Shown here: positions 38,374-52,602 of the stretch, piece by piece
Layout of the letters: every line of letters begins with the position of its first letter
How positions within the stretch are numbered: position 1 is the first letter of the stretch
Assembly: GCA_016748015.1 (NCBI GenBank)
Contig: JAAOMT010000282.1
Span: 62,001-126,000, forward strand
Length of the DNA stretch: 64,000 nucleotides
DNA from: Geosiphon pyriformis uo1
Taxonomy: Eukaryota > Fungi > Glomeromycota
Reading direction: 5' to 3'
Program-made: the position numbers and the translations under genes
Notes under the pieces: generated by a model
The model's input: the letters and a program-made list of their open reading frames with translations, nothing else
The model's database searches: none
What the model was told of the DNA's origin: nothing

Positions 38374-41300
38374 CTATTTTCGTCTTCGCAAATTGGTCAC
38401 CCGATCCGATGAAAAGGTATCTTTGGCAAAGCGTAAATTTTTATTACTTTGCCTTGAAGATACGTTGTTTTGACTTCTCATCGAACTTGGGCCATTTTGC
38501 AACGAATTATTAGGTACACTTGCGGTAGTATTTGTGACGGCTATAGTTGGCAATGCCGATTGATTGGCAACAACATCTTTCACCTTATTAAATAGAGCCA
38601 ATCCTTGTATTTTGGTCTGACCAGCAACTTGATTCACCCGGGTTTGCACCGAAGCCGGAATCAGCGGAGTAAAATCGCGCGGACCAGAGCGAGAAAGGGA
38701 TTTGTAGGCACCGGAGAGACCGGAAGAAGCGGCGTTGGTGATTGGTGAGAGCCAAGAAGACGGTGAAGATGATTTTGGGTTGGAGGCAGAAACTTGCTGC
38801 GTCGCCGATAAGAATATTGGTCGTCTAAAAAATGATGATGTAATGGGGTTGGTGAGGTTTTGAGGTTGATTCTTGTTGAGTTGATGATTATTGCTCTTCC
38901 GACGCGCGGATATTAAATTAGAAGACACGGAGTGACTCAATGATTCGCGTCGTGCGCTACCATTAGAGGATATCAGACCATTTGAATTTAACCACATTCT
39001 ACCGCTACTCCCTTTTCTCGGCTCTTCATCTTCAATTATCCCGTCTGGACCGTATTCTGTTTCCGAAGATGTGTAAATCTCATTGCCATTTAGTTTGGCT
39101 AAAAGACGTGATTCTCGTAATTGATAAGCTTTTTGCAAGACAACTCCCGGGTCTTGAATTGGGTAATGCTAAGTTTTAAGAGGATGCCATTTGGTATTAG
39201 ATAAAAAAGATATGAAAACCAACTAATAAAAAATATTTATCTTGACTACTTTAAATAGCCAAGACTTACTTGTAAAAGTTTAATATTATCTTCAAAGGCC
39301 CCTTGTAAAAGCTCATCTTTCACACATCTATGATTAAGAGATATATGAAAATGAGCAAAAATCTTGATAGGTTTCTTCAAAACAAAACAAAAATTTTAAA
39401 AATAACTCCTTTGAATATTGGAAATTAGTAGTATTTTAATGGTTAACTTTAAAATGGCAAAACTTTCTCCATTCCTTTTTTAAAATCTTAAGAGTTCTCT
39501 TCACTTACATTATCATCGCGCAACAAAAATCAATTAAAAATTCGAATCGACCTGATGAAGAACCTTTGTCGGGATCATGATCCGCAAATACGGAATCCCA
39601 AACACGAATTACATCTGGAAGAGCAAATTCTTGTGCACACATTACCGTTAACCATCGAAACGAATAATAGGGTGCATGTAAAGATTTGTGTTCTAGATCT
39701 TCCCATAATTCATAAGAAAAAGCCTTTAACCGGCGATTCATTTTTGTCATTGTTGCTCCGATTCCTGTGATATCGTCGTGATCTAGACTTCGCACAAAGT
39801 GATCGCGAATATCGGCCATTAAAGAGGTGAATACAAAGAAAGAGTCGGCTTCCGCATGTGCTAATTAAATATTTAGAAAATAGGACTTTGAATTGAAATT
39901 TATTCGTTTTATATGATTAATGAGAAGTCATTCAAAAAATTTTTGTTAATAAACCTTTGCCTTCCTCGTCCCCATCATTTGCCATTGTATAGTATATAGG
40001 TCCCAGGATTTCATTCATTCCTTGAACATATCCAATACCAGGGTTCAACTTTGCGTAAATAAACAAAATGCGTTCGATTGCCTCCCAATGTAGATCAATT
40101 TTATTATCATCTTCACAAGGATCATCAGATATTTTGGTTGGTGAGAGCGAATTAGGCTGGTTTTCTCTGCGAAAGAAGGCCTTATTAAGATGCTGTACCC
40201 GACGAAATATCGAACGTCGGTTACGAACCGGGATAATCGAATTAACAGACAAAACAGATTCGGTATTGATGGGGGTAGGTCGGGATGATAATTTAACCTT
40301 CGAAGTTGATGTTAACGAATTTATAGGGGTTTGAATTGAGCTGGGTTTACTACTTGCAATTTCCAACCGAGTGCTCGTCCCATCACCATTTGCTAGTTGT
40401 TGATGTTCGTTGTCATTGCTTCTTAAAGCAATGACATCTCTTAAAGAATCTAGTTTTTCCATTAAGGATGGGGATTGTGGCTCATTTAATCGATTCAATT
40501 CTGATTCTGATTGTAATCTAGGACTCAATGGACTTAATGGGCTTTGGGGAACTGGTTGTTGAAAAAATGCAAAATCTGGTAATGTTCTGCAAACATCTTT
40601 ATCGATTTGTTCAAGAATTATGTTATCAGCAAAATATTCAGCCCATTTCGAGTTAGGTGCCGGGTTTAAAGGCTTGAATTATAAAATTGATTTGAAGCAT
40701 TAAAACAAAAATTTCTCTTAATGTGATCTTGAAAGTAAAATGACATTACATGATCACTGTTAAACCCTTCATTTAATTCTTCTTCACTGGGTTCTGCCAG
40801 CAAATCCCTGACGAAGCTCTAAAATTTGATTTAAATTACCCAACAATTAGGTGTTGGAATTAACTGATGTCTATCGTCAAAAGTAGGTTGAAAATTTTGA
40901 TTTACATAGTAAACCATTCGATTTTCTGATAAAGTTTTTTGCCATTTTCTTTTATCGGTGGGCAAATAACCTAATAGAATCTAAATGGAAAAAAAAACAA
41001 ATTTAGAGATTGACTTAGAGCGTGTCCCCATAAATAATTGAAGTCAAGTTTACATAAGCGATTATATTAACCGGGCGAAATATTGTTAATTGACAATAAT
41101 TCTTCATTTGGACAAAATCAAACCGATAGGAATAATCACTTATTTGATAGATTAATTACCTTCCAACTCTTTTGCCTAATTCCTGGTTTATCGGGAATGC
41201 CTGTAATACGCGTATAATTTTGGAAAACCATGAGAAAAAAAATAAGCCTGCAGCGACAAAATGCTGCCTTTATTTTCATTTTGTTTTAATGGCAAATTTA

Positions 41301-41601
41301 TGCCAAAGACATTAAAAAATGGCTCACCACAAAAACATAAATGCCGAAATTTATACAGATCTATTATGGGATCGTTCACCAAATCTTTTGTACTCAGTAT
41401 AGCCTCGAACTGTGCGAGCCTGAATTTATTAAGAAACATGAGGATGAGCTCGAGGCAAAGAGCCAGGCCCATATGCACCCAAGCATTGACCTGGCACTGA
41501 AAAATCAATACACTCCACCTTTGCGAGTTTTTCTATATTTGAGATTTTTTTTTCTTTGAAAGAACTCTATTTCAAAAGCCTTACCTTTCTTTATAGTCCA
41601 T
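38374..41601 (-). CDS. TBC-domain Rab GTPase-activating protein, TBC1D13-like (multi-exon)
   Basis: MDYKER|LAQFE..LCFC|GIPDKPGIRQKSWK|ILLGYLP...DH|PL...IDKDVCRT (Arg finger)...HWEAIERILFIYAKLNPGIGYVQGMNE (Gln finger)...YYSFRW..QEF.LPDVIRVWDS; low-complexity C-terminus. Confidence 0.93.
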
Positions 41602-44600
41602 TAGTTCTATTTTTTAACAGTTTTAATTACAGTCTAAAAGTCTAAAAAACGATCTCTGCCTTTTAACAAGTCCAAGTATTCCCGCAAGGTATTGTTGTCA
41701 ACTTGGCTCAATTTATTCAAATACCATAATAATGCAATGTTGTGTTTACCAAAAGTTGGGTAAGTTCATCAAACTTCAAGTACCCGTGCCGGTCATTCAT
41801 AATAATATTGTGTAACACATGCTCGTTCCTTTAAAAGAGGGAATGATCGCGGCGGATGGCAAGAAAGGTAACTAGGTAGCTTTAATCAGCAATGCCTTAT
41901 TTTCTTTTAGAATCATGGGTTGCGAGCAATCAATTATTATCGGCTCAAATCGATCATTGTAAGGGAAACGGATAAAATCATGTTGTGGCTGGCCACAAGG
42001 TCTAAAAATCTTTGGATTCTCAATTAATGCTGGTGTACAGCCACAAAAAGTTTCAATTTCAAAAATTCTTGAGAACAATCGAATATTTAATTGCACTGAC
42101 TCGCGCGGCTCTCCGAGCCATTAAGGTGGCAAAAATTAATTTACAGATAAGCCGTGAATTTATCCTTCTTTTCAAAATTGGCCCCCCCAAACGCTGGGCT
42201 AATAATTGAGTGACTTTTGGCTAAATAAAGCAATATTAAGGTATAGCAATTGGAATTGTAGATATAGAATGATCTACGTATGCTATGTCAGTTTCTCACT
42301 TTGTCTCATAGAAGTTTTAACACTTACGAAGATTAATTCGTTAAAGATAATGCGCAGTATGCACCTTTAAAATATCATACTGCGAAGGTTATCAATGAGT
42401 AGATCATTTCTCGAAAGTCTGCAAGAATAAAATTAATAAGGAGCGGAATTTTCTCCTTTCTACCAGATTCTGCATTAAACCATAACGCGTCGCATACTCG
42501 GATTGTTCGAATATGCAGGTCGTGAAATATGATTCTAAGTATTTCAAGTTTGGCAATATAGAACATCGTCATTCATTGTACTTTTAAATTATTATCCAAG
42601 ATCCAAGATTTGTGAACAAAGGAGGTATGAGTTGGTTTGTTTCTATGTCAATTACAAACAATGATTCCATTATTCATCGGGCCCCAACTGGAAACCATTA
42701 TCGTTTGCAAACAAAATATACTAATATACTCGAACCCTTACAAAATGTTGCAAGTTTATAGCAGCAATTTCCTCTATATGCCCAGAAATCTAAAAATTTC
42801 TCACTTTAAATTATTTTTGAATCATAACCTTTATTTTAATATAATAGGGAGATACTTTTAAGATTGATAAACTAAGGATAATTTTAAAAATCTGCTATTT
42901 GAACAATTAATCATCTAATCCCGGTATTTGTGGAAAATTTGAGGCCTTATCTGTTCAATAATTGAGATATGAAGTTTTATTGAGCGGGGAAGTTTACAAA
43001 TTAAATTCTAATATTGACGAAATTGCTTCGGGCCTTAGATAGCTTTCCTTGGCTAAAGTGAGATACCATTCTCACAGTATGACATATCAAATTATTCCTA
43101 TTCAATTTTTTTTGCTTTAACGAGTGTAGCCCCTCACTGTCTACATAAATACTCCATATACATGTCTATAGTAAACGTGATTCGCTACTTGAGTGATAAC
43201 TTCCTTACCCAAAAAACAAGCTTGGCCAAATTTAACCCTGCAGCTATCCAAGTCTTCTCGATGCCTGAACCTATAGGGACTGTGTGATTCCATCACTACC
43301 GAGTCCACTATCCTTATTAGACCGCGATCTTCCAATTCGACCCGACTCTTACCCAAGGGTTTCCATATCAATTCTCGATAGTGGTTCATCACCAGCACGA
43401 CAAATTCGACAATTCTGGATTTCGCCGTTCAAATTTATAAAAAACAATTTTGGAATTCTTCAATAAGATAACTTAAATATTTAAATTGACCTATTTTTGT
43501 TTTGCGATATACCCTCTAATGGTTCTTTAGGAATTTTGCTACCAGTGAATTGAAAATTTAAAAACAAAATTTGGGAGCTTGTGGGGTCGATGATAATTTT
43601 AAAGAAATCAAATAGAAGATTATAAAGCTAAGGATAATTTTTGACGAACATTGAAATGGAAATTGAAATTGAAATGTTGGATCTAAAACTACAGAAATAA
43701 GTTGCATTGAGAATGACTCATATCTTCATTTCTCCAACTCAAATTGTACTAGAATACGCTATATGGTGTATTCCTTACGAGGATATACCAAAACTCTCAA
43801 AATCGAAAGTATAATTTCAAACAGTTGAGGATTTGAGATATGGTAATATTAGTGGTAGATAAATATTAAACTCTATTTCGCTTGATTTTTGAAACATGTT
43901 ACACGAAAGTAGAGTTAAAGTTTTACATGACTCATTGAAAAGACTGCATTTTTTCCATTGATGAGGGAAAAGTGACCTCGATACTATCTTATAATCTCGA
44001 GCTCAGAGCGTTTCAATGGATTAGGTGGACAATAGATTAGATTCTGGGTTTGTTTAAGAGCAGACGGGGATATTTTTCTTTTTTATGTATCATAATTATG
44101 CAAGATCTGTCGCAACTGTATATAGTGGCTGGAATTTTGACAACACGTCAAAAGAAAAACCAAAATATCGAAACTTTTAATTTGTATTGAATTCAGGAGC
44201 TTATAATTATAACCTTAAAATGTGATAAAATTTGTTCTCAAAAAATCTAGCATAAATTCCTGTTTTTAGATTTTCAGCCTTCCCAAGGAATTTTTTTGCA
44301 TCTTATAAAATTTGGAATCTGAAACTGCAATCCTTCCTAATTTGTTTCAAAGATACCAGGAATGGATCTTTGAAAATTTAGTACAAAGCAGAACCCCTAA
44401 TCTTTATCACAAAGAAATTTCTGAATCAAAAACCCCATAGAAGTTTAATTCTGAAAGTTAATATGCTGTACTTTTTAGATTCCTAAGTTCTATTTTGGTA
44501 AAAATATGTGATTGATTTGAATTTGTAATTACTTGAAACCTTAAATGGGCAACTGGAACTTTTGGTCGAAATAGAAAATTGGTCAAGCTCAAAAAATACA

Positions 44601-44639
44601 ATGATATTATTTATTTAGTTAAATAAGTTTAATTGATTG

Positions 44640-44930
44640 TGACAACATCAATCTATTAAAATAATCTACCTAATAGTAATAACTATTATGATGTTAATTA
44701 TAATGGGTTCCATGGGAGGGTTTAAAGAATATTAATAAACTTGGAGAAGGGTTTGGTATAATTTACAAGCTTATATTGATGGAGTAATTGATATACATAT
44801 ATAAAACATGGAATATAAACGATGAATGGGACAAAGAGATAGAAGTAGCAATAAAATTTAGAAAGAACAGTGAAGAAGTGTTTAAAAAGATAATTAAATT
44901 AAAAGTTCAAAGAACTATGTTTATTAAGGA
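44640..44930 (+). pseudogene. Protein kinase N-lobe fragment (TKL-like)
   Basis: WVPWEGLKNINKLGEG(G)FGIIYKA..IDG...EVAIK across frameshifts; truncated after VAIK. Confidence 0.65.
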
Positions 44931-45816
44931 TATTAACGTACTCGAGAGATACACTTATCCGAAGAAAAAGTGAAATAATAGAAATAACAAAATAAAAGAA
45001 GTTAGACAGCATTTCAACGTGACAAGTTGGTTTAGGAGAGAAGACAAACTTACTAGATGCAAACAAAACCTTTGTCATTCAACTGATCCTGAAGTTGAAG
45101 CACCCGAGTAGACTTGCCCAAGGCTCATGGCCCATGTAACGCTGTAAATTCACCCCGATATATCGATTCAAGAAGTGGGGCATTCTGTTCTGTAGGATCC
45201 AAAAATAGACGATGGAACGCTCTCCTCGCGTAATGGCACTATCTACTATCCATTTTCTTTGTTAGATGCTGTGAACGTAACTGATTAAATAAAATATTAG
45301 TGAGAATAAGAACGACGCAAAGCAAAACCAACACTCTATAATTTTAAGTTGTTCCACTGATTTCCTCTTTTTCTCGCGCTCTATCATTACCGAGACACAT
45401 TTAAAAAATAAAATTATTGCGAAGAAAGCAGTATAAGTTAGTGAGTAAATTGATGGCAGATGCTCTACTCTATGATTGCAATAACATTCCAACTATTCTC
45501 CATATTCCTACTCTATTTAACCCAAACGTATCATATGTGAATTCTCCGTGATGAGTTCATAATATAAGACCAGGTTACCATGTCTACTCTACCCTCTGTA
45601 CACACTAATCCATTTCCTCAATGCCCGAGTCACGAAGTCCTTACTTGTCTTAGTTGTTTCTATCAACGCATTTTGTAGGTTCTGCATCTGCAACTCCCAT
45701 CTATCTTAGATTCTTCACTTCTCCGAGATCTTCTTTCTCTTCTGTCCATATTGCCATCTTTCATACTCCCTCTCAGCTTTCTGCAATGTTTGTTTAATAT
45801 CTTCAACGCTCGCCAT
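44930..45816 (-). pseudogene. Coiled-coil + P-loop NTPase (AAA-like) pseudogene, 3'-truncated
   Basis: Exon MASVEDIKQTLQKAEREYERW...; later DPTEQNAPLLESIYRGEFTALHGP*ALGKSTRV, a Walker A with probable CGA>TGA and TCG>TTG changes. Confidence 0.7.
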
Positions 45817-46138
45817 GGTGTTTTGCGTGTTTGATATGTTTTGATTCGTTTCAGATCTTTTATATATCAGTAACAATAAGAGTTTTTAACCCCTGAGGTT
45901 TTTTTTGCAATATACTCTATATAATATAATAATTATTGTATTGTGCAATATTCATGAATATTGTATATTTGAATATTTAATTTAAATTATATCATTGTAA
46001 AAATTTTGTACAGTATTGAATTTAAAGAAATATAATTTTTTAACAATTTTATTGCTCTTATAAAAACATTGTAAATAAAGTTTTCTTATTTTTTATTTAC
46101 CTTTATATTTATTTAAAACATATTATACAATTATAATA

Positions 46139-47558
46139 GGGAATTGCTAAATCGACCCACCCCAACATGTGATATCATTTACGTCATATTTTTGTATTCA
46201 ACTATATATAGGAACATATTAACGAGTTTATAATGAAAGAGCTTTAGAATAAACTTAATAAGTTTTCTTTTGATTTTACAAGTAATTACATCTTTTTATA
46301 AAATTACAGATTATATTCATATGATATTACCACCTCCAGAAACATCATATAGCTCTTGTGAGATGATGATAGAAATTCTTAACCCATACTCCCAAGGATA
46401 TGTAGTTACAAAATGATGCTCTGCTGCTAATGGTACTCATATTACCTTTAAATGTGATCAGGGAAATGAATATAATGCTTCGTATTAGACGATCGACAAT
46501 GAAAAACAACAACTCAATTAACAAACTGCCCTTTTATGGACGATTACTCAAAGTTGATGAATGCCGGCATTTAACAGTTCGCAATGCTGAAAATAATCAT
46601 GAGCCATCTGATAATATTGCTGGACATCCTACTGCTCGAGGACTTAAATCCAAACAGAAAGTATTAGTTTCACAAATGTTAAGTGCAGGCATTGCACCAA
46701 AGGCAATTTTAACAGCATTACGACAGGAAGATCTTGAACAACATGCAATTTCAAAGACTATTTATAATGAGCAGGCACATCTTCGAAAAATAGACTCAAT
46801 TAATTCAGATTTCAACCACATCTCTTGCAATTGAGAATCCTTTTAATCAACGAACTCGAGGACGTCCTTTAGGTGCTTTAAATTGCTCTAAACAAAATAT
46901 TGCTCATCAAGAATTATCTATACAATGAAATTTATCCCAATTTGAAATTGTTGAAAATATTTCTTCTCAAATTCAAGTATGTAAATGTAAAATTTGTAAG
47001 AAACAAGGCCATAATATTCGGACCTGTCCACAACGAAGTGTTTTTTAATTATAAAACACTATAAATTACTTAAGGCATAATAAAAAATTAATTATATAAA
47101 CTAGGTTCAATTTTATATAAGAAAAAGTTTTTTTTATTTTAATTAAACTAATATTTATTAGAATTACTAATAAATAAATATTAAAATTCTATATATACCA
47201 ATTAAACTCTTAATTAAGACCATATTTTTTCTTAAAAATATTGGCATAAAAAAAATCAAGCTATTTTATTTATAGATATATAAAAATTTGCAAACAACGT
47301 ATCATAGTTGTTGTTAAAAATTATATAAAAAATATAACAAATAATTTTTTTTAATTTAATAAGTAAGATTTAATTATTATCTATTATAATACCAATAAAT
47401 ATTCTAAAATAAATATAGTTTATATAATAACTACATATAACCAGCCATTTAAATCAGTTAAAACTATACTATATATTTATAATATTATTATAAAAAATTC
47501 TCAATTTTCCAAAAATCACACTTTACTGTTAACTTATTTTTATGAATTGGCAACTTCT
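46139..47558 (+). mobile_element. Internally deleted Mutator-like element (FAR1-type N-terminus + C-terminal RGRP/CCHC, DDE core missing)
   Basis: FKCDQG..., HLTVRNAENNHEPS..AGHPTAR..GIAPKAIL..KTIYN, joined to RTRGRPLGA...CKICKKQGHNIRTC. Ends are tentative (gggaattgctaaatc / gaattggcaacttct). Confidence 0.65.
47355..47475 (-). mobile_element. Deaminated LINE-family 3' tail
   Basis: Aligns with the copy at 63249-63357, with C>T/G>A changes throughout. Confidence 0.65.
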
Positions 47559-47559
47559 A

Positions 47560-49050
47560 TTGGAGTATTATTAATTTACATCAGAAAAATTGGCCAAATT
47601 AAATATTGAGACAATAAATTTAGACCAATAGCAACAATTAAAAACATTAATTTTAAAATACTCTAATATATTTTTACAAAATAGTGAATTTGAAAGAACT
47701 AACTTAATTTAACACCAAATTTTCAATGAAAATACAAAATCTAAAAAACAATATACTTACTATATTCTGCTAATAAAACATAATTTTATTAAAAAAAAGT
47801 CCAAAAAATGTTAAAAAATAGAATAATCTAATTATTAATAAGCTCTTGGTTTTCACCAGTTGTTTTAATAAAAAAAATGAAAAAATTAGATTTTATGTCA
47901 ATTATTACAATTAAACAGCAAAAAAATCAAAAATTTATATCTAATACTATTAATTGATAAAATTTTCGATATTTTTAAAAAAACAAAATGGTTTTCTATG
48001 CTTAACTTAACTTATAGATACTAGCAAGTAAAATAAACCTAAAAAACAGACACAAAATAGTGTTTATTACACAAAATAATAATTATAAGTTCAATATAAT
48101 ATTATTTAAATTAACTAATACTCTTGTAATATTTTAAAAATTAATAAATATAATTTACTCCAGAATTTTGTAACAATTTATTATTGTTTACTTGTCAACA
48201 TTTATGAATTAATTTCAATATTTACAACAAGTTTTTAAGAGATTAAGATATATTAAATTTAAAGTAAATTTAGAAGAATGCTTTTTAAAAAAAATAAATT
48301 AGTATTTTTATAATACATAATTAAAAAAGATGAAATAAAACCAAATCTATCAAAAATAAACAAGTAAAAAACTTTTCAATATCCTAAAATATGATAAAAA
48401 TAAAAAAATTTTAAAACTTGTATTCTATTATTGTTATTTTATAAAAAACTTTTTAAATATCACTAAGCTTTTTAATTATTTGCTATTCAAAAATGTAAAA
48501 TTTAAATAAACTAAAACACAACAAAAAACTTTTGAGTACTTTAGACAAAAGCTTATTAAATACCAATAATAATCTATTTAGATTTTAATAAAAAATTTAT
48601 CTTGGTTATATATACTTTTGAAATTAGATTTGGTATTATTTTTTTTTAAAAGATAATAATAATAAAAACATATAATTGCTTATATTAGCAGAAGTTTTAA
48701 TACAGCAGAATAAAACTATACAACACATAACTTAGAATATTTAATAATAGTTTGAAATTAAATCTATTTTAATATATGTTTATAATACAATTTTTTTAAT
48801 ATTATTACAAATTACAAAAATATGATCTGATTAAAAAACAAAAAAGTACTAACAAATAAATTTGCCAAATAGTTACAAATATTAGCTCTATATAATTATA
48901 TTATTAAATACAAAAAAGTGTTAAAAATGCTAATATTGACTAATTATTAAAAATAAAATACATATAAAAATCAACAAACAATTATTACAAAAACAATAAA
49001 CAATAAACAATTATTTTTACAAAAAACTTAGCCAATACTTAAAAACTTTA
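47560..49050 (+). mobile_element. Heavily eroded Gypsy pol relic (RT-RNase H)
   Basis: SSWFSPVVL..KK..KIRFYVNY, WFSMLNLTYRY*Q; colinear with 15900-17100 but far more A/T-rich. Confidence 0.75.
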
Positions 49051-49509
49051 CAAATAAATAATTTAAATATGCTGTATTAAGATAAATATTTATTATAAAT
49101 TTAAATTTTTCATTATTTTTTACATTTTTTTATAAGTTTATTTGATTTTTGAGTTGTACTTTCTTAAAACATTTATTTGTAAAACTATTATTATAAATTT
49201 TAATAAGTTAACACAACTTAAACAATTTTTAATTAATTTAATAATAATAAATAAAATAAAAAAAGAAGTAATTTTTGTTTTTTACTAATTATAATATTAT
49301 TTATAAAAAATTGATTATAAAAAAATCATAAAAAATAAATTTTTAGTTGTTATTCTTATAATAATATCTTAAAACTATAGATATTATCAGATATTATAAA
49401 ATATTTACTTTAAATAACTTCTGATAAAATATATATAATCATTTTAAATATTTCTTTTTTGTTAATTTTTTGTTTACAAGTTTACTTAATTCAAGATTTT
49501 TAATAAATA

Positions 49510-50206
49510 CATTAAATTTATTATAATTTTATTAATAAGTTAATGGATAATAAAAAAAACAGTATTATATAACAATAAAATAATCAAAAAAGTAATTCAA
49601 TTTTAAATGAACAAATTGATTTAATAAGAAATTAATATGTAAAATTAGTTTTATAAATATCTTAGTTGTTATTCTTTTTAAAGGTAATAAGAAAGTTTAA
49701 AGATAAAAAAATAGTTTGTATTGTTAATAAAAAATAACATATTAATATAATTCTATGTTTTATGTTAGTATTTTTAGAATTTAATATTAAAAATTAGTTG
49801 TATTTTTTAGTAAATATTTATACAATATACTTTACAAAAACTAACAATTATACAAATCAAGAAAAAAAAATAATAAAAGAGAAATAAAGAGTTAATATTA
49901 TTGTATTAATCTAAGTGTGATTTAAATGTAAATTTTTTTTACGATTTCAAAAAATCTTGCTTATATTCTTAAAAAAAGATTAATAATTAGATTAATGATT
50001 ACATTAATAATTTAGTTAATAATTAAATCAATAATTAAGTCAATAATTAAATCAATAATTAAATTATTGATCAGATTAATAATTATATTAATAATTAATT
50101 CTAAAAATAAAATGGCTAATTTAATGATATTAGTAATTAATAAATATAACTAATTATAGCTAAATAAATAAATAAAAGCTAAAAAGTAAAAAATTCAACT
50201 ATAACA
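49510..50206. repeat. LTR-like direct repeat, copy 1
   Basis: About 650 bp similar to 54260-54927; ends in ATAACA. Confidence 0.7.
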
Positions 50207-51388
50207 ATATTATTAATTTGTAAAATCTTTTTTATATATATATTATAATAAATTATATTAATATAATATATAAATTTAAGCTTACTAGCAATATTAAATC
50301 TTATATAATTTATTTTTTTAAGTAATAATATGAAAATTTGATAATAAATATTTTTACATATTTCCATATTTAATAAAATACATTGTAAAAATATAATAAA
50401 GTGTTTTAGAATTTTGTATGATTTTTATTATTATTGTTAATACCTTTTTGTATATTAATCTATTAAAAAGTGAATAAATATATTTAAATTTGAGATTATA
50501 ATTTTAATTACCGTATAAAAGAATTTTTTATTGTTGTGCTGCAATCTGTATATAAATTTTATTGCAATTTTTAATTCTCTTTTTCTTAAGTATTTTATTT
50601 TACAATTATATACATTTGTAAAAAAAATAAAAAATTTTTCTATATTGTTTTGCATATATAATTTAACTTTTTTATACTAATTTTAGACATGTTTTTCAAA
50701 GACTTTTATGGAATTTATTTATAATAATACAATTTATCTTTTTTATTTTTATTTTTGGCTGATATATATTTTAGATTTTTTATTATTTTATTAATTATTT
50801 TATTGACACTTAAAAATTCTTTATAGTTTTTCAAAAAATAGATATTTATAAGTTTTGTAATTATTCTATTTTTTTTGATGCTTTCTTCATATAATGTACT
50901 TTTGTTAAGTTTTTTTTGAGCTTTGAAAATGGCTTTGATTTTAAAAAGTTTTACACATAATAACATATTTACGTAAGAGATTTGTATTTATTCTATTCTT
51001 TTGAATAAAAAAAATTTTGTCATATGAGTTATTTTAAGACTTAACATCAAACAAGCTTAAAGATTATCTGTATTTAAATATTAATTATGCTTATTTAAAA
51101 AACTTGAATAGTAAGCAGCTCAAAAATTTCTATTATATTATATATAACTTGTCTTAAAAACTTAACATTAAACAAGCTCAAAAATTATTAATGTTTTAAT
51201 ATTGACTATATAAAACCACTCTGTAATAATTATTAACAATAGTTACACAAATTTTTATTATTTTCTAAGTAAATAATTATATGTTTTTTTTAAATTCAAG
51301 AAAATATTAAAGAATAAGTTATTTTTATTTGCTAAATACTAAATTCAAAAAGTTTTTATAATTTTTACTATACTATATTCATAATATA

Positions 51389-52602
51389 CAGTGTGTTGCA
51401 AAAAAAATTGAACAGAAAAAAATAATCACTGTGCTTTATCCAATGCACCAAAAGATATAAATTATATACTATCAGAAAGCCAAAAAGCACATGATTTTAT
51501 TAAAGAAAAATTTAATATGATATTCTTTCTTCCTTATTCGCAATTTTCATTTCACAATGGTGTTCATTGATTCCACTAACTCAATTAGAGTAGATCAGAG
51601 AATATCTCTCCACTCTTCCTTCATAAACTGCTCTAATTCATCCCAATTTTTGGGCATACGATTCTCCACATTCCTTTTTACAATAGCCCATAAGTTTTCA
51701 ATGGAATTCAAGTCAGGACTATTAGATGGCCAAGCTATAACTTTAGGCATATTCTTTTGAAGAAAGGCTTTGGTTAGATGGCTTGTGCTTTGGGTTATTG
51801 TCCCTAACATTCTTCTTATCTTAGATAAATGTTCACAAATAATTTTTACATAGAACTTAACATCTATTATTTGGGTAAAACAAAATAAACTTACCTTTTA
51901 TTTCTCATAAAAACCACTCCACGCCATAATTTTTGTTCGATCTTTTGATATAGCATGAATTGGTCGTTGGCCTTTATACCAACGTTCTACTGTATTTAAG
52001 AATAGACAAAAAGCTGTTTCATCTGAAAAAACAGTTTTTTTCCAATTATTATTAAAATGTTCTTGAGCCCACTTTACACGATTTTCCTTGTGGAAATTGG
52101 TAAGCATTAGAGTTGCCAAAGGCAAGTCTTTTTTATATTCATAATTAATTAAATGCCTTTGGATAGTACTAGGAGAAACGTCTACATTTTTTTTTGCTAA
52201 TTTTATTTTCAAAGTCCTCAAAGATATTGGAAAATCTCGATGGAGGTATTATCCTAATGTTCGTGATGCATCTCCTTTAATTTTTCGTGGCCGACCATTT
52301 CCACCCACATGCTCTACCATTCTTGTTTTTTCGAGTTTTTTAAGGATATTATAGATAGTAGAGCGTGGTATATTTGTTCACTGTTTTATTTCAGTTGTGT
52401 TTTGACGCTGTATTTTTTGCTTGGAAGGTAGCATTGTGCAAGAAAATTTCTAAAAAAATTATTAGTAAAACGCGTAAAAAAAATTTATCATATTTAGCCA
52501 CTTATCTTAGCATTCCCTTCCTAATTCAACCATTACAAACTAACTAAAATTGGTTAAACTGTATCAAGTTTTGTGATGTCCAATTTTTTTTGCAATACAC
52601 TG
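51389..52602 (-). mobile_element. Tc1/mariner DNA transposon (defective)
   Basis: TA TSDs; 26-bp TIRs CAGTGT(G/A)TTGCAAAAAAAATTG(A/G)ACA; HTH (IPRSTIYNIL), GRPRK, VFSDET, DN(N)PKH, WPSNSPDLNSIENLW. Confidence 0.93.

Noticed and set aside
42300-43700. Coding-like stretches (ORFs at 42375, 42637, 43141, 43284)
   Set aside because: Possibly a pseudogene, but I could not establish any motif or consistent exon chain.
50179-50966. Short K/I/N/F-rich ORFs (also 875-1102, 10658-10918, 20953-21147)
   Set aside because: Compositional artefacts of A/T-eroded DNA or antisense to TE relics.
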